This document shows, in pieces, positions 59,400-64,000 of a DNA stretch of 64,000 nucleotides; positions within the stretch are counted from its first letter, which is position 1; the number at the start of each line of letters is the position of its first letter. The notes beneath the pieces were generated by a model. The model had not been told where the DNA came from. It ran no database searches and was given only the letters and a program-made list of their open reading frames with translations. The stretch spans positions 8,042,761 through 8,106,760 of the forward strand of contig SMSO01000031.1 in assembly GCA_004764695.1 (NCBI GenBank). The letters are read 5' to 3'. The DNA comes from Schizochytrium sp. TIO01 (lineage: Eukaryota > Protista > Bigyra: Labyrinthulomycetes). Made by a program: the position numbers and the translations under genes.

Positions 59400-61268
59400 A
59401 TGCAAACGACAACCAGGCCAGGTGGCAGCATGTCGGACTCCGACTACAGTAGCTACTCCGACGATGAAGTTGATGCTGAAGATGTTGCACCTTCATACGA
59501 GAACGTGCAGGGAATGTCTGATGGAAAACTCAGCCCAATTGGTTTTGCATAGATGGATGACGAAACCCTCAAATTTCTTCGCAACAACCGCAAGAAATTG
59601 ACTAATGACCAACGCGTGATGCTCAAACGTATCCACGATCTGGGACGGAGATCCGAACAACGGGGCAGAGCAGAAGGCGTTGCTAGCTTTCAGGAGACCG
59701 TTAAGGTGGCGCTACAAAAGTATCTCTTTTCTAACATTGTGTGTCAAAGTGGACCGCGGCAACACCATCGACATGGGCTTTGCCATTCACCGCACTCAAT
59801 CCGTGGAATGACTTCGATGATGAAGTGATTTCCGATCCAGACTTTCTAGACTCTGGCGTCTTAGGAGAATCGATTGCAAAAAATGTTTTCGATCCCCTGA
59901 AAAACTTCGACATTTACCAAAGTGTCAACGAGGCAAAAAGATATTCTCTACAAAAGGTCTGTACGCCACTTGAAAGCATGGGGAAGCAAGTTGCTGCTTT
60001 CCCTGAAATCAGTATTCAGTATGAACAACAGATTGGTCTCGCACTACAGTCGGATATCAACCTATCGGCAGTTGAAATTGAAAACGGGGAAAGGGTTTCC
60101 AGGGTTTTCTGTGTCATCGAGGCAAAGCGACCAAAGCAGTTACTGACAGAATATGGTAATCAAACCGTGGAAAACGCAGGGAGAGAGCACCAAATATCGG
60201 AGTAGCTGATGATCCCCGCGGTCATATTCGGGCTGGTCTCAGCCAGTTGCTTGGATACATGGTGCTCTACGGCCTGAAGTACGGAGTTTTTATATCTTTC
60301 GAGCTCACGTACTTCTGCAAGCGAGACAAAGAAGGTCAGATGCGGATTTCAAAGGGATTTTACGGAATCCATAAAGAAAACGACACTGGTGTCAATTTTG
60401 TGATGGCTTCATTCATCTATAAAATCCTTCACGACAACGAAAGAAGGCTCCCCTACCCGCCTATGGAGAGCCAGTCGGTTGGAGTACAGGAGTTCTATTA
60501 ACAGTGTCAGAAGAGCTGGGGCGGGAAACAGGTCAATAAGAATAGCATACTCGAGATTTTGGAGAACATGATCGGAAAAGCTTGCGCAGATTTCATCAGA
60601 TCCACGATAAGGAGAGCGGCCGACCAGTTTGGCCAGGACGATGAGATCGATGCTCTCCGCAATAGAGTCGCCAGCCTCCTACCCCTAAGTGAGGAGGCAT
60701 TCAGCATGCATCTGCCATGGGAGGAGGATTTTAAGCCTGTGGCGGAAGGCGTGGTTCGGATTCCTTGGATTTCCTATAAAGGTTCACATGGAACGTCTTT
60801 GTCAAGGCTATGCAAATTTCGAAGGATTGGCCGAGGTGGCTTTTGACAGAGAGCAAGGAGTCCTTTCTTAAAGAAGTTGAGTTCTACAAGGCCCCCCTGC
60901 ACAAATTGCAGGGTCTCTACATCCCTTTCTTGGCGTATGGCGGCGTGTTCCATGGCCAAGTAATCATCGCCACGACCTCTTCGGGTGTAACTGCGACTAA
61001 AGAGCTGATGATCACTCATCGTGATTGGGCGCCCCGTTCGATCAGATAATCGCTTGCGCGCGTGCATCAGGCGGGCTTCTTGCACGGCGACATCGCCTGG
61101 CGCAACATCACACTCAACCTGGAGTCCAAGACTGCGCATTTGATCGACTTTGGCCGCGCCACCCAACATAAAGACCCCAAGGAGTTTGAGAAGTTCCAGG
61201 CTAAAGATAAAGAGGCGCTTGAGGACCCGCTGTCCTGTGTCAGCGCGCGGAAGCGTCTACGCGGCTAA
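59400..61268 (+). pseudogene. Disabled PD-(D/E)xK restriction-endonuclease-like + protein kinase gene (Crinkler/CR-type REase-kinase)
   Basis: REase: SDINL...VFCVIEAKRP, then GLSQLLGYMVLYGLKYGVFISFELTYF. Kinase: VFVK, FLKEVEFY...KLQGLYIP, FLHGDIAWRNI, LIDFGRA. In-frame stops at 59550, 60499 and 61047; frameshifts near 59740, 60180 and 60800. Confidence 0.8.
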
Positions 61269-61457
61269 TTCAGATCTTTCAAGGAAGCACTTGGCGTGTG
61301 AAAAAAATAAACAGTATTGATTCTTATACTTCTTCTTATTCTTAATTTAATTTACTTAATTTAACTTTTTATTGGAAATAATTGTTTATTCAGTACAATT
61401 CTTGAATGAGCAAGTGTTCCGTAGTGTATGAATAATCCCCAATTTAACCCATAGAAC

Positions 61458-62102
61458 CTAATTCATTACCTCATGGACAGCCTTTTCAATGAGCTCAAGG
61501 TCTTTGGTAGAGTAAGAATTAACTTGGCGAGGCGCACCATCTACGTAGTGAATGCTCCTGGGAGGCTCAGAGTTGTACTTTTGCCGATAGAGCTGAGCAG
61601 TCCTCCTTCCGAACTTTTGCAGTTCTCCGGTGGTTGGCGGGCGGCCTAGGATGCGGGCGGCAACCTCAGAGATAGTAATCTCATGATGTTCTGGCTGTGC
61701 GTCCTGAATTGCAGCCGGCTGAGTGCCTTGCTGGGTAGTATTTTCATCAAGCATCCGAATAGTGGCTCTGTGAAGAGAGGCAATGAGAGAGCGTTGAAGA
61801 TCCATTTGTTGAATTTGATCGCGTCCAGAGCCATCACCTTTGAATGCATGGATCGTTTCCAAGAAAAATCTAGCCGTATTTTGCCTTCTCTCGGCCGATT
61901 CTTCTCTTGTGCCCTCCTCCTCAATCAATCGACAGCTCCGCTCCGATTCTAGCTTTTCCACACGCTCCTTTAGACTAAGCAGCACACTCTGCTGCTCCAG
62001 TTCCTCCCTCCAGGAAGCAGGGCGCTTGGTCCCACGAGACTGCTCTTCTTCCTCAATGTGCACACCCTGGTCCGTTGTGACCCTTACTACAATGTCTGTC
62101 AT
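61458..62102 (-). CDS. 214-aa protein: coiled coil plus C-terminal domain resembling large-DNA-virus/endogenous-virus (Bro-N/KilA-N-associated) proteins
   Basis: Intact ORF. C-terminus ITISEVAARILG...LQKFGRRTAQLYRQKYNSEPPRSIHYVDGAPRQVNSYSTKDLELIEKAV. The family resemblance is from memory, not from a search. Confidence 0.6.
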   Translation of the reverse strand: MTDIVVRVTTDQGVHIEEEEQSRGTKRPASWREELEQQSVLLSLKERVEKLESERSCRLIEEEGTREESAERRQNTARFFLETIHAFKGDGSGRDQIQQMDLQRSLIASLHRATIRMLDENTTQQGTQPAAIQDAQPEHHEITISEVAARILGRPPTTGELQKFGRRTAQLYRQKYNSEPPRSIHYVDGAPRQVNSYSTKDLELIEKAVHEVMN

Positions 62103-62376
62103 TCATTCATGGCAAGGAGGAACTCGGCGTAGTCCTTATCTAGGCCTTTCTGGCCGCAACGCAAAATCAAGCAGCGAGCGAACTTTTTGGTTAGCATAGG
62201 AAACTTCGCTGCATTTCCTCCCGGGAAGTTGTCGCAGTTTCTCTCCGGTGGTCGAGCCAGGGACTGGTAATACTATGGAGTTTTCCAAGTTGTATTCCTC
62301 CTCTCCTACTTTGGATGTTTCACCGCATGCGGGGTGAAAAATCTATGGGTACGTGACTTTGTCCAGAAATAGCCTT

Positions 62377-64000
62377 TTAGTACACTTTCCAATTTAAGAC
62401 GTAGTACTTTTGAAAAGTACTACATCTAAGCTCCTTACCACTCCGCGGAAATACACTTAGTAGTGCTTTTGTATTTTGTTCCCTTCTGGTCACTTCGTTT
62501 TCTCCGGGATTTGGATATTTTACTTGTATCAAGACTGGGACGAAAGCTTCATCGCTAGCTAGATCCGGTACCGTTGTGCGACGCATCATCGTTATCACAT
62601 CTGCCCCGAAATCATCGAATGGGTAACAAAAGGGTTCGACCAAATCCATCAAGCCCTCCGAGGCAAACCCGTTCATTTCCGATAACCAATCCAGCGTTCC
62701 CTGTTGGTCTCTGCTACAATTGCGCACCAATTTTCCGAATGACGATCCTTTGGGCATTTCAAGATGATCAAACAACATTTCGCGGCGATCAGTGGGGTCC
62801 CGAATAATAATTTGCTTCGCCACATCTAGTGTAGAATTCATGTGTTTGAAAGCACATAGCATGGTATAGTACTTCATATAGTCTTGCGAACCCGTCTCCC
62901 TAATCTTGCTGACAACAAACTCGAGGAGGGTTCCCTCCTCAAGAAAGTTCTGTAGTGCTGCTTCAAGCACCAGAGGTTCATCAAGTTTGACAAAGAACCC
63001 ATCTGGGACATAGCCTCTTCGTGATGCCTGGACCGTTACCGAACTGACTTGACAGACTCCGTCGTCAACCAGTTTCTGTGCAGATTCATTCTTTAAACAA
63101 ACGGGTTTGTCTGTAAAGAGATGCGTTACGAGCGCATCTAGGAAATCTTGGAAATCTTGGATTTCTTTTTTGTTCTCATTGATCCGTTTGATTGCAGTCA
63201 GTGTGGTGGAGTTTGCTTTATAACGCCAGGATGCTCTTGATTCGCGCTGATTCTCTGATATAGTATGAAAAGCGTTCGGGTGTGTCATGATTTCGACGAA
63301 GCGCCGTATCTCTTGAATGAACCTCGCGTTAAGGTCTCCTGGGTCACTCGATTGAAGTTTTCTCCCCAGCAGAATATCTAAAAATGCAACTGTCCATCTG
63401 GGTCTTCCTGTAAGCCATTTGCATGTGTACTGAACAACATGTTCATCCAATTGTTCTAAGTCCAGAATAGTCCCAATATATTGTTCAACACCAGCTGTGT
63501 CTAGTGAGGGAAATTTGTAATGCAAAGATGAGTTCTTGGTATCTTTTGCAGACGCACTGGACAGTTGTGTTGTAATGTGGACCATAGAAAAACCCGTTCC
63601 GGAGAAAATGGGGTGATTAATGAGTCCGTGAGTATCTACCATGGACGTGAGTGCTTTGGAAACCGGAGAGAGCAAACTTCGCCTCTCATCTTGGTCTTCA
63701 GAGGAGTGAAAAAAGCCCACAAATTTCTTGGCTAGTACTTGTGTTTCGTCAAAGGCTACATTAAACCTGGTACCTTCAACTAAGTCACGGACGTTTTGCC
63801 AGACGGGTCTTAATTTCTTCAGCATACGACGAGGTTCTTCTGCAGCGTTTGAGATACTCAAATCCTCGTTAAAGCCAGAAACAAATGTAGAGAACAGTGC
63901 GTTAAACACATCCGTATTTTTGAAGTAGTACTGTGGTGCGAGCTGTACGCGAAGCCAAAGCTCCTCAGTAAGCACATGTGTACCGAGGGCGTGCTTCAGT
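62377..64000 (-). CDS. CR-type (Crinkler/RHS) P-loop NTPase + REase protein, 5'-truncated by the window
   Basis: Frame is open to the window edge (LKHALGTHVLTEE). Walker B FNVAFDETQ, RSLLSP, sensor IFSGTGFS, helical WLTGRPRW, linker DEPLVLEAA, nuclease-like FCYPFDDFGADVI...VLIQVK. Confidence 0.75.
   Translation of the reverse strand, partial: LKHALGTHVLTEELWLRVQLAPQYYFKNTDVFNALFSTFVSGFNEDLSISNAAEEPRRMLKKLRPVWQNVRDLVEGTRFNVAFDETQVLAKKFVGFFHSSEDQDERRSLLSPVSKALTSMVDTHGLINHPIFSGTGFSMVHITTQLSSASAKDTKNSSLHYKFPSLDTAGVEQYIGTILDLEQLDEHVVQYTCKWLTGRPRWTVAFLDILLGRKLQSSDPGDLNARFIQEIRRFVEIMTHPNAFHTISENQRESRASWRYKANSTTLTAIKRINENKKEIQDFQDFLDALVTHLFTDKPVCLKNESAQKLVDDGVCQVSSVTVQASRRGYVPDGFFVKLDEPLVLEAALQNFLEEGTLLEFVVSKIRETGSQDYMKYYTMLCAFKHMNSTLDVAKQIIIRDPTDRREMLFDHLEMPKGSSFGKLVRNCSRDQQGTLDWLSEMNGFASEGLMDLVEPFCYPFDDFGADVITMMRRTTVPDLASDEAFVPVLIQVKYPNPGENEVTRREQNTKALLSVFPRSGKELRCSTFQKYYVLNWKVY

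Noticed and set aside
59400-61268. Stop-codon reassignment or readthrough explaining the in-frame TAG/TAA
   Set aside because: Frameshifts co-occur, and conserved genes in the window terminate normally at TAA/TAG.

Overview
This is eukaryotic nuclear DNA with intron-poor genes, many microsatellites and one clear GT-AG intron. Gene style and content suggest a stramenopile protist, probably a thraustochytrid/labyrinthulomycete (inference). Genes in order: a 5'-truncated FN3-SPRY-HECT E3 ligase, a signal-peptide JmjC oxygenase, PRMT7, a membrane-anchored degenerate TTL/ATP-grasp-like protein, a ~16.5 kb gene-poor tract with decayed coding fragments, a 7TM-RGS, a small mitochondrial-type membrane protein, a frameshifted multi-SIM + PARP6/8/16-type ADP-ribosyltransferase + SWIM + HTH-like gene, a FYVE protein, CEP20/FOR20 head-to-head with a CCDC66/CSPP1-like gene, CHMP1, an ankyrin protein, TruB and CRNKL1/CLF1. 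The last 5 kb are an accessory island: a disabled REase+kinase gene, an intact gene with a virus-type C-terminal domain, and an NTPase+REase gene running off the window. The two REase genes have Crinkler/RHS (CR)-type conflict architectures. That island and the SIM-PARP-SWIM gene are the best candidates for undescribed biology. I recognised no rRNA, tRNA or CRISPR array. All family calls come from reading motifs by eye; no searches were run.
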